The notes below the pieces were generated by a model, which had not been told where the DNA came from, made no database searches, and saw only the letters and a list, made by a program, of their open reading frames with translations. 54,463 nucleotides of DNA, taken from a virus. A program made the position numbers and the translations under genes. Position 1 is the first letter of the stretch. Each line of letters begins with the position of its first letter. Positions 44,034 to 53,392 of the stretch are shown here, piece by piece. The DNA is taken from positions 1 to 54,463 of the IMG/VR virus record IMGVR_UViG_3300037419_001463; one strand, 5' to 3'.

Positions 44034-44189
44034 ATGGACAAGCTCGTCGAGCTGCTCCAGCAGATCCAGGACCTGGCCGGCGTGGCCATCGACGCACTGC
44101 AGGGTGCGGCCGGTGGCGGCGAGGGCGGCGAGGCACCTGCCGAGAGCTCTACCCCGCCCGAGGGCGGCGGCGAGTCCGGCAAGTACTGA
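44034..44189 (+). CDS. hypothetical mini-protein (51 aa)
   Basis: ATG 44034. Helical N-terminus and a Gly/Glu/Pro-rich tail. Flanked by two hairpins. Not in the track. Confidence 0.35.
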   Translation: MDKLVELLQQIQDLAGVAIDALQGAAGGGEGGEAPAESSTPPEGGGESGKY

Positions 44190-44198
44190 CCACCATGG

Positions 44199-44240
44199 AC
44201 GCCGGGGCGCAGCTGAGGCAAAGGCAGCTCGCCCCGGCGT
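44199..44240 (+). terminator. long GC hairpin (about 16-bp stem with one bulge)
   Basis: ACGCCGGGGCGCAGCTG ... CAGCTCGCCCCGGCGT. Confidence 0.4.
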
Positions 44241-44260
44241 TCTGACGAACGGACGCCGCC

Positions 44261-44548
44261 ATGGAAGACCTTCTGAAGTCGGCCGCACAGTTCAACTCCG
44301 GATGGGGTGTCGCGGCCCTGCTGATCATCCTGTTGTTCCTGCTCGCCTGGCGCTTCGGCAACCAGCTGATCTCGCTGCTGCAGGAGAACGCGCGAGTGTC
44401 CGCGGCTGTACACGCCGAGGCCCAGAACATCTCTCAGTCGATCATCACCAACCACGGCAGCAAGAACATCGGCGACGCCGTGGACCGCCTGACCGAAGCC
44501 GTCCAGGACATACAGGAGCGAGTGACTCGCCTCGAGCAGAAGGGGTAG
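44261..44548 (+). CDS. membrane protein (95 aa) within the virion module
   Basis: ORF track. Transmembrane segment WGVAALLIILLFLLAW followed by a coiled-coil tail. Confidence 0.6.
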   Translation: MEDLLKSAAQFNSGWGVAALLIILLFLLAWRFGNQLISLLQENARVSAAVHAEAQNISQSIITNHGSKNIGDAVDRLTEAVQDIQERVTRLEQKG

Positions 44549-44557
44549 GGACCAGCG

Positions 44558-45877
44558 ATGCTGCCCACGGAGCGAACCCCCGCGTCGTCCAAGCCGGCGC
44601 CGGCCAAGCCGGCCGCCCAGCCTGCGGTCTCCAGCCCGCAGCCGCCGCTGACGACCGCTGCTGCCACCGAGCGGTACCCGGCCGAGGCCGTCACCTCTGC
44701 GGTGCAGCAGATCCTCGGCGCGCTCACCCAGAAGTCCGAGACGCTGCCCAAGCCCGAGGCCCAGCCCCCGCTGGTCGAGGCGTTCCAGTCCGCCTACGAC
44801 CAGGACGGCCAGACCCCGGCAGGCTCCGGTGTCGAGCAGATGCTCGCCGCGTACGGCGCCCCGGCTCCGGAGACCTCCACGGTCGGCAAGGGCGACACGC
44901 TCGAGGAGATGCTGCGCGACCGTCGGGCCCTGCGGTCCGAGGCGCTCGAGGGCGGCCGCGGTGACCGGCGCGAGTACCGGATCATCAACCAGCTGCGCAA
45001 GCTAAACGCGCCCGGCTCCACGGTCTACGAGCACTACACCCCGACCCAGCAGGCCGCGGTCGACTTCAACCGGATGCTGGTCGAGGCGGTGCACAAGGAC
45101 CGCAAGCTGCAGGACAAGTACGACAGCCAGTCCGACCTGCAGCGCACCGAGTACGACGACGCGATCTCCCGGATGTTCGGGGAGGACCGCGGCTCGGAGA
45201 CCTTCGCGCCCGAGACCGTGGCGCTGCTGACCCAGCTCGGCTACTCCGACCCGAACGCCGACCTCGACGACTTCCTCAGCCTCAAGGCCGGGATCGGCCG
45301 GAAGAACATCGAGGCGATGGCCGCTCACCAGGCGCCGGCCCCGGCCGCCCCCGGCGTGGAGACCGCGCCCGGGCTGAGCGTGCTGGACTCGATGAACCCG
45401 GAGAAGAAGGACCGGTTCGACCTGGCCAAGTCCCTGGCGCACACCACCGAGCAGATGGAAGCCACGATCGCCCGGAGCAACAAGGTGCTCAGCTCGTTCA
45501 GCGACACCGCCCGGGTCGACCGCAACGACCTGCTCGACAAGTTCGGCGGCCGCAAGAACAAGCCCGAGGGCGGGGTCGGCTACGAGGCGCCCGGCCAGCT
45601 GGACGCCAACGGCAACGCCACCGACCTGAACACCTACTTCCAGCAGGCCTTCGACATGCTCGCCAACAAGAAGGTCGACTCCGAGGCCGTCCTGGCCGAC
45701 GCCCGCTCCGTGCTGTCGCCTGGCTCGCTGAAGCAGTTCATGGCCTACCTCGACGACCGCAGCTCGTACGCCGAGCGGTACGGCATGCCGCTGGGCCAGG
45801 GCAACGGCGCCGAGTACCGCTCGCCCGGGGAGTTCCGCAAGCTGCTCGGCCTGGACAAGGGGGCCTCCGATGCGTAA
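44558..45877 (+). CDS. virion-module protein of unknown function (439 aa)
   Basis: ORF track. Pro/Ala-rich N-terminus. Assigned by position between the capsid and tail genes. Confidence 0.65.
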   Translation: MLPTERTPASSKPAPAKPAAQPAVSSPQPPLTTAAATERYPAEAVTSAVQQILGALTQKSETLPKPEAQPPLVEAFQSAYDQDGQTPAGSGVEQMLAAYGAPAPETSTVGKGDTLEEMLRDRRALRSEALEGGRGDRREYRIINQLRKLNAPGSTVYEHYTPTQQAAVDFNRMLVEAVHKDRKLQDKYDSQSDLQRTEYDDAISRMFGEDRGSETFAPETVALLTQLGYSDPNADLDDFLSLKAGIGRKNIEAMAAHQAPAPAAPGVETAPGLSVLDSMNPEKKDRFDLAKSLAHTTEQMEATIARSNKVLSSFSDTARVDRNDLLDKFGGRKNKPEGGVGYEAPGQLDANGNATDLNTYFQQAFDMLANKKVDSEAVLADARSVLSPGSLKQFMAYLDDRSSYAERYGMPLGQGNGAEYRSPGEFRKLLGLDKGASDA

Positions 45878-46835
45878 GCCCGGCCGCGACTACCACACCG
45901 GCGGGATCACCCGCACCCCCGACGAGGACAAGCCCAAGCCCAAGGACGACAAGGACAAGGGCAAGGGCGGCGACGGTGGTGGCGGCGGCTACAAGGCCAA
46001 GGCCGCCCGCCGCTACCTCGAGGAGGCCGAGACCCTGGCGCTGCAGGCCAAGGCGCTGCGCGTCGCGCTCGGGAAGCACGGGTTCCGGCGTGCGCTGAAC
46101 CGCGGCCTGGCCAACATCAACCAGGCGATGCACCAGTCCGACGACGAGCTGATGCGTGGCTACCGCGATCGGCTCTCCTCGCTGCAGCAGTCGGCCGAGG
46201 ACAACGACAAGGCGGCCGCCGGCCAGGGCTACGCGAACACCGCCAACGCCGCGCGTGAGCGGGCCAACGCCATCAGCGAGGTGGCGGCCAACGGAGCGGG
46301 GGAGTCGGACCTGCTGCGCGCGCAGCAGATGTCGCTGCGGAACTGGAACCAGAACCAGAGCGAGATCGCTCGCTCCTACTTCGACACCCGCACCTCGATC
46401 AACGCCAGCCTGCACGACCTCGACGCCGACACCCGCTCGGCCCGGGTGAACAACGTGCTGCAGGCCCAGGCCGACAAGAACCAGCTGTACACGAACTACT
46501 ACAACCAGCGGTCGGAGACGCTGACCCAGCTCGGCAATGTGCTCGGCCAGATGGCCGCGGACTACAGCGCGGCCAACGAGCAGAAGGGCAGCAAGAAGAC
46601 CCGGCGCCGGCGCAAGCGGGCCAGCGAGGCCAGCGGTGAGGCGTTCATGGACGCCTCGCACGAGATCGGCCGCAGCCACAAGTCGCGTCCCGGGCCGGTC
46701 GACCGGCTCGGCCGCTGGACCGGGGCCGAGGACTTCGAGAACACCATGACCGGTCCCGTCGGCGGGATCTCGATGGGCACCACCACCGAGCTCGCTCGGC
46801 CCGAGGGTGCGTCGCTGAGGAGGTGGGAGGCATGA
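45870..46835 (+). CDS. virion-module protein of unknown function (321 aa)
   Basis: ORF track. Lys/Asp/Gly-rich N-terminus, Q/N/A-rich helical core and an RRRRKR patch. Confidence 0.65.
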   Translation: MRKPGRDYHTGGITRTPDEDKPKPKDDKDKGKGGDGGGGGYKAKAARRYLEEAETLALQAKALRVALGKHGFRRALNRGLANINQAMHQSDDELMRGYRDRLSSLQQSAEDNDKAAAGQGYANTANAARERANAISEVAANGAGESDLLRAQQMSLRNWNQNQSEIARSYFDTRTSINASLHDLDADTRSARVNNVLQAQADKNQLYTNYYNQRSETLTQLGNVLGQMAADYSAANEQKGSKKTRRRRKRASEASGEAFMDASHEIGRSHKSRPGPVDRLGRWTGAEDFENTMTGPVGGISMGTTTELARPEGASLRRWEA

Positions 46836-47629
46836 GCAACCCCGAGGTGAAGCTCACCCTGGAGGTGGCGGTCGAGGAGGTCCTCGGCATGCTGACCGGG
46901 CTGGACCTGGCCTACGACCCGACCTTCGACCGGTTCCGGGTGATCGCCCGGATGCTGAACCGGGCGCTGCGCGCCAACGCCCTCGAGCACGAGTGGTCCT
47001 GGTACAACACCACCGAGTCGATGGGCGCGTGGGCGGACGGCCAGACCACGGTCACGCTGCCCGACACGATGCGGCCGCGGGTCACCGGTGACGACGCGGT
47101 CCGCATGGTCGAGCTCGGCACCGACGCCGGTGACGTCATCCGCACCTGGGCCTACTTCCTGCCCCGCGACGCGCTGCACAAGTACGGCCACCGGGCCGGG
47201 CTGTGGGTGGCCGTCCGGCGCCAGGAGCTGATGTTCTCCCGGCCGCCGTTCGACTCCGAGATCGGGCTGGACATCCAGGTCCCGGTGATGCGGGAGCCCA
47301 CCATGTTCGACCTGCCGCCGGCACCGCAGGACCCCGCCGACCCGATCGTCGCGGTCGACCCGCTGGTGCTCGCCCAGGAGATCGACTTCTGCTACCCCGA
47401 CATCATCACGGCACGGGCGGCCTACTACTACGCCCTGACCGACCCGGTGATGCAGCCGCGGGCCCAGACCCTCGAGGCGCTCTACAAGGACCTGATGTAC
47501 CAGGCCATCGAGCGTGACGACCGGAACACCGACATGCCCTACCTGAACGACTTCTTCGTCCCGGTGCAGAACGGCATCTACGCCGAGACGACCTACCGTC
47601 CTCACCCGCTGGCCGACGAGCGGAGGTAA
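46832..47629 (+). CDS. tail adaptor / tubular-protein-A-like candidate (265 aa), by position only
   Basis: ATG 46832 follows AGGAGGTGGGAGG and overlaps the upstream stop (ATGA). Precedes the large tail protein. Confidence 0.4.
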   Translation: MSNPEVKLTLEVAVEEVLGMLTGLDLAYDPTFDRFRVIARMLNRALRANALEHEWSWYNTTESMGAWADGQTTVTLPDTMRPRVTGDDAVRMVELGTDAGDVIRTWAYFLPRDALHKYGHRAGLWVAVRRQELMFSRPPFDSEIGLDIQVPVMREPTMFDLPPAPQDPADPIVAVDPLVLAQEIDFCYPDIITARAAYYYALTDPVMQPRAQTLEALYKDLMYQAIERDDRNTDMPYLNDFFVPVQNGIYAETTYRPHPLADERR

Positions 47630-47631
47630 TC

Positions 47632-50600
47632 GTGGCCAAGCAGCAGACGCCGGCGCCGATCGACCGGCCGCTGAGCAGGGCGTACCTGCGTGAATTCAGC
47701 GGCTGGTCGACGGCCTACCCCCCAGGGATCTCAGAGCCTACCTCCCTGCGGATCATGGAGAACGTCCAGATCAACCGGGACGGCTCGGCGCGTGTACGGC
47801 CGGGGCTGCGCTACCTGTCCTACATCGGCGGCGGCCTCCCCACCGACCTCGACATCGTCGGCTCCCACGAGGCGTTCTTCCTCAACGACGGCTCCAAGGC
47901 CTACCTGGTCGCGGTGCGCGAAACCGACGGCACCGTCGGCTTCCGGGTGCTGGCTGACCTCGGCGACGGCCTGGCCCTGCAGGGGCTCAGCGCGGTCGGG
48001 GTCGACTTCTCCGTGACGTCCTCGGCGACGCTGAACTTCACCTCGGCCACCACCTACGTGAAGTACCTGCAGATCGACAACAAGATCTTCGCGCTGAGCA
48101 ACGCCGGCGAGGCCATGCGGATCTTCTACGTCGGCACCAGCAAGAGCGCCAAGCGGCTCAACTCGATCGAGGTGCCCGCCTGGTCGGTGGCCGACAAGCT
48201 CTCCGTCGTGCATCCGGACGGTGCCTGGATCACCTCCGGCACCCCGACCAGCGTGCGCACCAACCTGATCCCCAACCCGAACTTCGAGATCGGTGTGGGG
48301 AACTGGTCCGGCAACACGTTCGCCGCGCTGGTCCGCTCCGACACCGTCGGGGCCCAGGACGGCTCCTACGCGATGCGGCTGGAGTCGCTGCCCCAGCTCA
48401 CCAACCTGTGCCCCTACCCGCTGCGCGGCCCGGTCACCAGCACGGCTGGCTGGGCGGCGGGATCCAACGCCGACATCTTCGAGGTGAACGGCGGCTACCT
48501 GCACATCTCGGTCGCCGCGATCGCGGGCCGCCGGGGCTACGCCAACAGCCCCTACTTCGGTGGCATCGTGGGCGGCAACACCTACTACATCGCCTTCGAC
48601 GTCGTCCGCAACAACCCCTACTGCGACGTCCGCTGCCTGGTCCGGTACTTCGCCTCCAACGGCGCGCTGCTCTCCGAGCAGGACCTGGACATCGCCAACG
48701 TTGATGGCCGGCCCATAGTGACGGCCACGGCCCCGGCCGGCGCCACGGCCATGCAGTTCTACCCCAGCGTGACGAACACCCAGGGGAACTACCCCACCGG
48801 CTTCAGATTCCGCAACGTGCTGGTCGGGAAGTACGGTGACGGCTCCGGCGGCACCTACTTCGACGGCGACTCCGGCGCGAACTACTTCTGGACCGGTACG
48901 CCCGGCGCCAGCGCCTCGGTCTACCACCCGCCGCAGGACATCCAGGCCTGGTCGGACCTGATGCCGGTGGTGGCCGGCTCCACCTACACCGGCTCCGCTT
49001 ACATCAAGGCGGGCGGCACGGTGCGCGGCGCGTACCTCTCCCTCGTCTGGTACAACTCGAGCTTCGGGGTGACTGGCATCAGTGCCGACGCCGCGGTCAA
49101 CGACAGCGCGGCCAGCTGGACCCGTAGATCCATCTCACCCGCCGCTCCGGCCGCGTCGGTCTGGGCCCAGCACGTGGTGACGTTCAACCAGGTGCCGCGC
49201 GGGGAGTACCACTACGTCGACGCCGCGATGTTCGAGAAGGCCGCGGCCGTCGGCACCTACTTCGACGGCTCGACCAGCTCCACCTCCACGCTACTGCACG
49301 CCTGGTCTGGAGCCGCGCACGGCAGCGCCAGCACCGAGTCGGTGCTCTCCACACCGGCCACCGTGCCCTCGGCCGAGACCAAGACCGCCAACACCCTGAT
49401 CGGCTCGGGCACGAACACCTACAACTTCGGCTTCTTCTACACCTTCGCCAACGAGGTGGGGGAGTCGGCCGCCTCCCAGGTGACCGTGGTGAGAACCCAG
49501 CGCGGCTGGGGTCAGTGGAAGTGGGAGACCCCCAACGCTGCCGGCGAGCCCTCGGGCAGCGGTACCACAGACCCGCTGGCGTGCGCCGACCAGCTAGTGG
49601 CGATCATCCCTCAGACCGTCTACAACCAGGCGCTGGCCCAGGGCGCAATCAGCTGGAAGCTGTACATGATGACCTGGTCCGACCAGGACCCGGCGCCGGT
49701 GACCGCGGTCAAGGTGGCCGAGCGCAAGCTGGCCTCGAACTCGCTGTACGGCTCGAACGGCTGGCTGCAGGCCACCCCGCAGCAGGCTGACGCCACTGCC
49801 GGCGTCTCGACGATCCCCAACCAGACCACCCGGTACAACTACTCCACCCCGTCCAGCGGCGGCCAGGGCCTGGTGGCCAGCGACCGGATGGTCCTGGTCA
49901 ACGACCCGAACGCGGCCGCGGTGATCCGGTGGAGCTCCAACCAGCAGGGCTCCTACACCGACTTCAGCGCCAACAAGGGCGGCGGGTACAAGACGCTCAC
50001 CTCCGGCAACCTGTTCGTGCCGGCGTGCGTGAAGCTGTGGCAGAACCCGCAGTCCGTCGACACCCTGACCATCTTGTGCACGGGCGTGGACGGCCACTCC
50101 ACCGGCTACTACATGGCGCCGGCCCAGGTGGCCCAGCAGTCCGAGGCCGTCAACATCATGGGCTTCGAGGAGACCACGGCCACCCCCGGCACCACCTCGC
50201 CGTACGGCTGCGAGGTGCTGAACAACGCGCTCTACCACCCGCTCGACGAACTGCTGATGAAGAGCACGGCCACGAACTACAACATCAACCACTCCTCGAT
50301 GACCGACGTCATCCAGGACCAGTGGCTCCAGCTGGTCTCCAAGCACCACATCGTCTCGAGCCAGCACGACAACCGGATCTACTACCTGGTGCACAACCCC
50401 GAGGGTGCCGAGCTCGAGGAGGGCTGCTGGGGCAACGAGGTGTGGGTGCTCGACGCCGCGCAGAAGCAGGGCACCTGGTCGCGCTGGCTGGTGCAGGGCC
50501 AGAGCCTGCGCAAGATCGAGCTCGGCGGCAAGGTCGTGATGAGCCTGACGCGGCCCGACGGGATCTACTACTTCGACCCGGACTACGCCAACGACGACTA

Positions 50601-51693
50601 CGTCGATACCGGCGAGGTGCTCAGCCGTGCCATCCCGTGGCGGCTGGAGACCAACACCCAGGGCGCGAACCGGGCCCACGACGCCTGGGCCCACCTGCAG
50701 CAGGCCAACATCGTAGTCGGCTTCTTCCAGGGCCAGATGCGCTACGGGATCCGCGGCTACGACCTGCACGGCAAGCCGGTCGACGTGAGCAAGGTCGTGC
50801 GCGACAACGCCGACCCCGGTGTCGAGGCGTACGACCTCGAGGACTACCTGCTGATCCGGCGGGTGATGAAGGAGTGGTTCTTCTACGCCGAGTCCATCGT
50901 CGAGGAGTTCACCGAGATGCAGGAGGTGTGGGCCGAGGCCCGCCGCAACCTGTTCCCCTCGCCGAACGCCGAGGTCGACATCGCCGGCTGGGAGTCCAAC
51001 GCCGCCTTCGACACCAAGGGCCTCTGCACCTTCGAGCGATCCTCCGAGCAGGCGCACACCGGCACCTACTCGATCAAGGCCACGATCACCTCGCTGGTGG
51101 GCGGCACCGCCTGGATCGACCGAGCCGTCACGCTGGAGGACACCAGCCAGCCGATCACCTTCTCCGCCTACGTCTACTCCGCCACCGGCGGTGTGTTCAA
51201 TGCCGAGATCCTGTTCAAGGCCGCCTCGACCGGCATCACCATCCCAGCCGGACAGTGGACCCGGATCTCGGTCACCCTCGCAGAGCCCGAAGCCACGCTG
51301 TTCTTCGGCATCGTCAAGCGGGAAGCCACGGTCGGCGACGTCTTCTACGTCGACGACGTGATGATCGAGTACGGCTCCGAGCTGCAGCCCTACTTCGACG
51401 GAGGCACTCTCGACACCGCGACCGAGCGGTACAGCTGGGTCGGCTCGGCCGGGCAGAGCGTCTCTGTTCAGGAGACGATGACCCTGGTGCCGGTCGTGAT
51501 CGACGCCGAGGTGCGCGACTCCGCCGGCCAGATCAGCCTGGTGCAGTACCGGTACGCACCGTCCACCGTGAACACCGGCTACGAGTACGGGTCGGTCGAG
51601 ACCTTCGAGTACGGCCGCTCCAGCAACGCTGCTGACGCCCGCACCACCGACAGCGGTGTGCCGATGCCCTACATCGACACCAGGAGGCCGTGA
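47632..51693 (+). CDS. large tail (nozzle/fibre) protein with three CBM4/9-like jelly-roll modules (1,353 aa)
   Basis: NLIPNPNFEIGVGNWSG at aa 211. Three module ends carry YFDG...W[TSV]G at aa 409, 543 and 1254. FYVDDVMIE-type strands precede the motif. Confidence 0.7.
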   Translation: MAKQQTPAPIDRPLSRAYLREFSGWSTAYPPGISEPTSLRIMENVQINRDGSARVRPGLRYLSYIGGGLPTDLDIVGSHEAFFLNDGSKAYLVAVRETDGTVGFRVLADLGDGLALQGLSAVGVDFSVTSSATLNFTSATTYVKYLQIDNKIFALSNAGEAMRIFYVGTSKSAKRLNSIEVPAWSVADKLSVVHPDGAWITSGTPTSVRTNLIPNPNFEIGVGNWSGNTFAALVRSDTVGAQDGSYAMRLESLPQLTNLCPYPLRGPVTSTAGWAAGSNADIFEVNGGYLHISVAAIAGRRGYANSPYFGGIVGGNTYYIAFDVVRNNPYCDVRCLVRYFASNGALLSEQDLDIANVDGRPIVTATAPAGATAMQFYPSVTNTQGNYPTGFRFRNVLVGKYGDGSGGTYFDGDSGANYFWTGTPGASASVYHPPQDIQAWSDLMPVVAGSTYTGSAYIKAGGTVRGAYLSLVWYNSSFGVTGISADAAVNDSAASWTRRSISPAAPAASVWAQHVVTFNQVPRGEYHYVDAAMFEKAAAVGTYFDGSTSSTSTLLHAWSGAAHGSASTESVLSTPATVPSAETKTANTLIGSGTNTYNFGFFYTFANEVGESAASQVTVVRTQRGWGQWKWETPNAAGEPSGSGTTDPLACADQLVAIIPQTVYNQALAQGAISWKLYMMTWSDQDPAPVTAVKVAERKLASNSLYGSNGWLQATPQQADATAGVSTIPNQTTRYNYSTPSSGGQGLVASDRMVLVNDPNAAAVIRWSSNQQGSYTDFSANKGGGYKTLTSGNLFVPACVKLWQNPQSVDTLTILCTGVDGHSTGYYMAPAQVAQQSEAVNIMGFEETTATPGTTSPYGCEVLNNALYHPLDELLMKSTATNYNINHSSMTDVIQDQWLQLVSKHHIVSSQHDNRIYYLVHNPEGAELEEGCWGNEVWVLDAAQKQGTWSRWLVQGQSLRKIELGGKVVMSLTRPDGIYYFDPDYANDDYVDTGEVLSRAIPWRLETNTQGANRAHDAWAHLQQANIVVGFFQGQMRYGIRGYDLHGKPVDVSKVVRDNADPGVEAYDLEDYLLIRRVMKEWFFYAESIVEEFTEMQEVWAEARRNLFPSPNAEVDIAGWESNAAFDTKGLCTFERSSEQAHTGTYSIKATITSLVGGTAWIDRAVTLEDTSQPITFSAYVYSATGGVFNAEILFKAASTGITIPAGQWTRISVTLAEPEATLFFGIVKREATVGDVFYVDDVMIEYGSELQPYFDGGTLDTATERYSWVGSAGQSVSVQETMTLVPVVIDAEVRDSAGQISLVQYRYAPSTVNTGYEYGSVETFEYGRSSNAADARTTDSGVPMPYIDTRRP

Positions 51694-52079
51694 TGGGCCA
51701 CACCCACCTGCGCTCGGACATCACCAACTTCACCCACGACCACACGGAGGACTCCGGCTGGATCGTGCCCACGCTGCTCAACGGCTGGGTCAACTGGTCG
51801 CCCACATCAGGCGGAGCGTGGAATCAGGCGGGCTACCGCAAGCTCAATGGTGTCGGCTATCTCAAGGGACTTATCCGAGCTGGGACCACTACTGCGGGAA
51901 CGGTGTTCTTCAACCTGGCGGTCGGCTACAGACCAGTCGGTGACATGCACGTGGCTGTGGCTTCCGCCGGCGCTTTCGCGATCATCAACATCATGTCGAA
52001 CGGTGACGTGAAGGCCAACACCAACATCAGCAATGTCTGGGTGTCGCTCGACGGCATCTCATTCCCGGCGGACAACTAG
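51690..52079 (+). CDS. tail fibre / receptor-binding accessory protein candidate (129 aa)
   Basis: GTG 51690 or ATG 51693, after CAGGAGG. Starts GHTHLRSDITNFTH. Beta-rich sequence. Follows the fibre gene. Confidence 0.4.
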   Translation: MMGHTHLRSDITNFTHDHTEDSGWIVPTLLNGWVNWSPTSGGAWNQAGYRKLNGVGYLKGLIRAGTTTAGTVFFNLAVGYRPVGDMHVAVASAGAFAIINIMSNGDVKANTNISNVWVSLDGISFPADN

Positions 52080-52090
52080 GAGGAGCTCGG

Positions 52091-52856
52091 ATGGTCACCA
52101 TCCTTCCCGCCGTCGCGCGGGCCACAAACATCCTGATCATCGACATCGAACGGCTGCCTGGCCTCGCCGAGGTCTGGGACCAGAAGACCGGCTTCGTCTC
52201 CCACCACAAGTTCCAGCGTCTGCCGAGCACCATCTGCTTCGCCGCCCGACGTTACGGCTTCCCGGGGGAGGAGTTCTGGGCCGACTGGGACCAGGGCCAC
52301 GAGGCGATGGTGCGGCGCAGCTGGGAGCTCTACGACCGCGCCGACATCGTGGTCACCTACAACGGGATCAGCTTCGACAACCGCCACCTGCGCACCGACT
52401 GGGAGCTGGCTGGCCTGCCCGAGCCCAGCCCATGGAAAGGATGTCGACCTGTTCCGGGTCAACAAGAACCTCGGCCTCGTCTCCTACTCGATGCAGCACG
52501 CCGCGCGTGTGCTGGGCATCGGGGCGAAGGACGGGCACTACGACCCCGAGGTGGCCAAGCGTGCTGTGGCCGGCTCGGTGAAGGACCAGCTGCAGCTGCG
52601 TCGCTACAACATCGGGGACATCAAGCTCACCGAGAAGATGTACGACAAGCGCCGCGGGCACATGCCCAACCACCCGCACATGGGGGTGGCCACCGAGCTC
52701 AGCTGCAACCAGTGCGGGTCGACCAAGCTCGAGCCGGCGGGGGAGTACACCGCCCAAGTCCTGGTCTACCCCGCCTACCGCTGCACACGCTGCGGCGCTC
52801 CCCTCAAGGACCGGAAGTCCTGCGGTCGGGTCGCATACACCGCCGGAATCCGTTGA
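52091..52856 (+). CDS. RNase H-fold (DnaQ-like) exonuclease with C-terminal zinc ribbon, interrupted by a +1 frameshift near 52439
   Basis: The first frame (52091..~52438) reads ILIIDIERLP...TYNGISFDNRHL...PEPSPWK. The second frame (~52440..52856) reads DVDLFRVNKNLGLVSYSMQHAARVLGIGAK...CNQCG...CTRCG. After 52439 the first frame turns Arg/Pro-rich. Confidence 0.6.
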
Positions 52857-52884
52857 TACCCACCCTCCAGAGAAAGGCAGCACC

Positions 52885-53202
52885 ATGAGCTACACCTTCA
52901 CCCGGCCGCGGTTCAAGACGTCCACCCGTCTGGCCAAGGGCCCCCGTCACGGCTCGGTCACCGTCGACCTGGCCTCGCTGGCCGCCGACGGTGACAACGC
53001 CACCACCACCGTCGCGGTGGCCGGCGCCGAGGTCGGCGACAACGTCACCGTCCACCCGGAGCTCCCGGTCAACGACCTGGTCTACAAGGCCTACGTCTCG
53101 GCCGCGGACACGGTCACGGTCATCGTCTCGAACCCGACCGCCGGTGCGATCGACGCGCCCTCGGTCGAGCTCCGAGTCGTGGTCTGGAAGGCCGACGCCT
53201 AG
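52885..53202 (+). CDS. hypothetical beta-rich protein (105 aa)
   Basis: ORF track. ATG after AGAGAAAGG. Confidence 0.6.
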   Translation: MSYTFTRPRFKTSTRLAKGPRHGSVTVDLASLAADGDNATTTVAVAGAEVGDNVTVHPELPVNDLVYKAYVSAADTVTVIVSNPTAGAIDAPSVELRVVVWKADA

Positions 53203-53204
53203 CC

Positions 53205-53381
53205 ATGGCCCGGCGCTTCTGGAACAGCCGTCGATTCATCCAGGCCACACCCCTGGGTGGATCGACGGCTGACCGGCCGGTCAACCCGCTGGTCGGGTTC
53301 ATGTACTTCGACCAGACCCTCAACAAGCCGGTCTGGTGGGACGGCACCAACTGGCGCACGGCGTCCAACGTCATTGCGTGA
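53205..53381 (+). CDS. 58-aa ORF carrying a tail-fibre-type motif (RP..P..GF.YFD.TL.KP.WW.G..W)
   Basis: ATG 53205. Sequence MARRFWNSRRFIQATPLGGSTADRPVNPLVGFMYFDQTLNKPVWWDGTNWRTA. Below the track cutoff. Confidence 0.45.
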   Translation: MARRFWNSRRFIQATPLGGSTADRPVNPLVGFMYFDQTLNKPVWWDGTNWRTASNVIA

Positions 53382-53392
53382 CCAGCTGGGCT

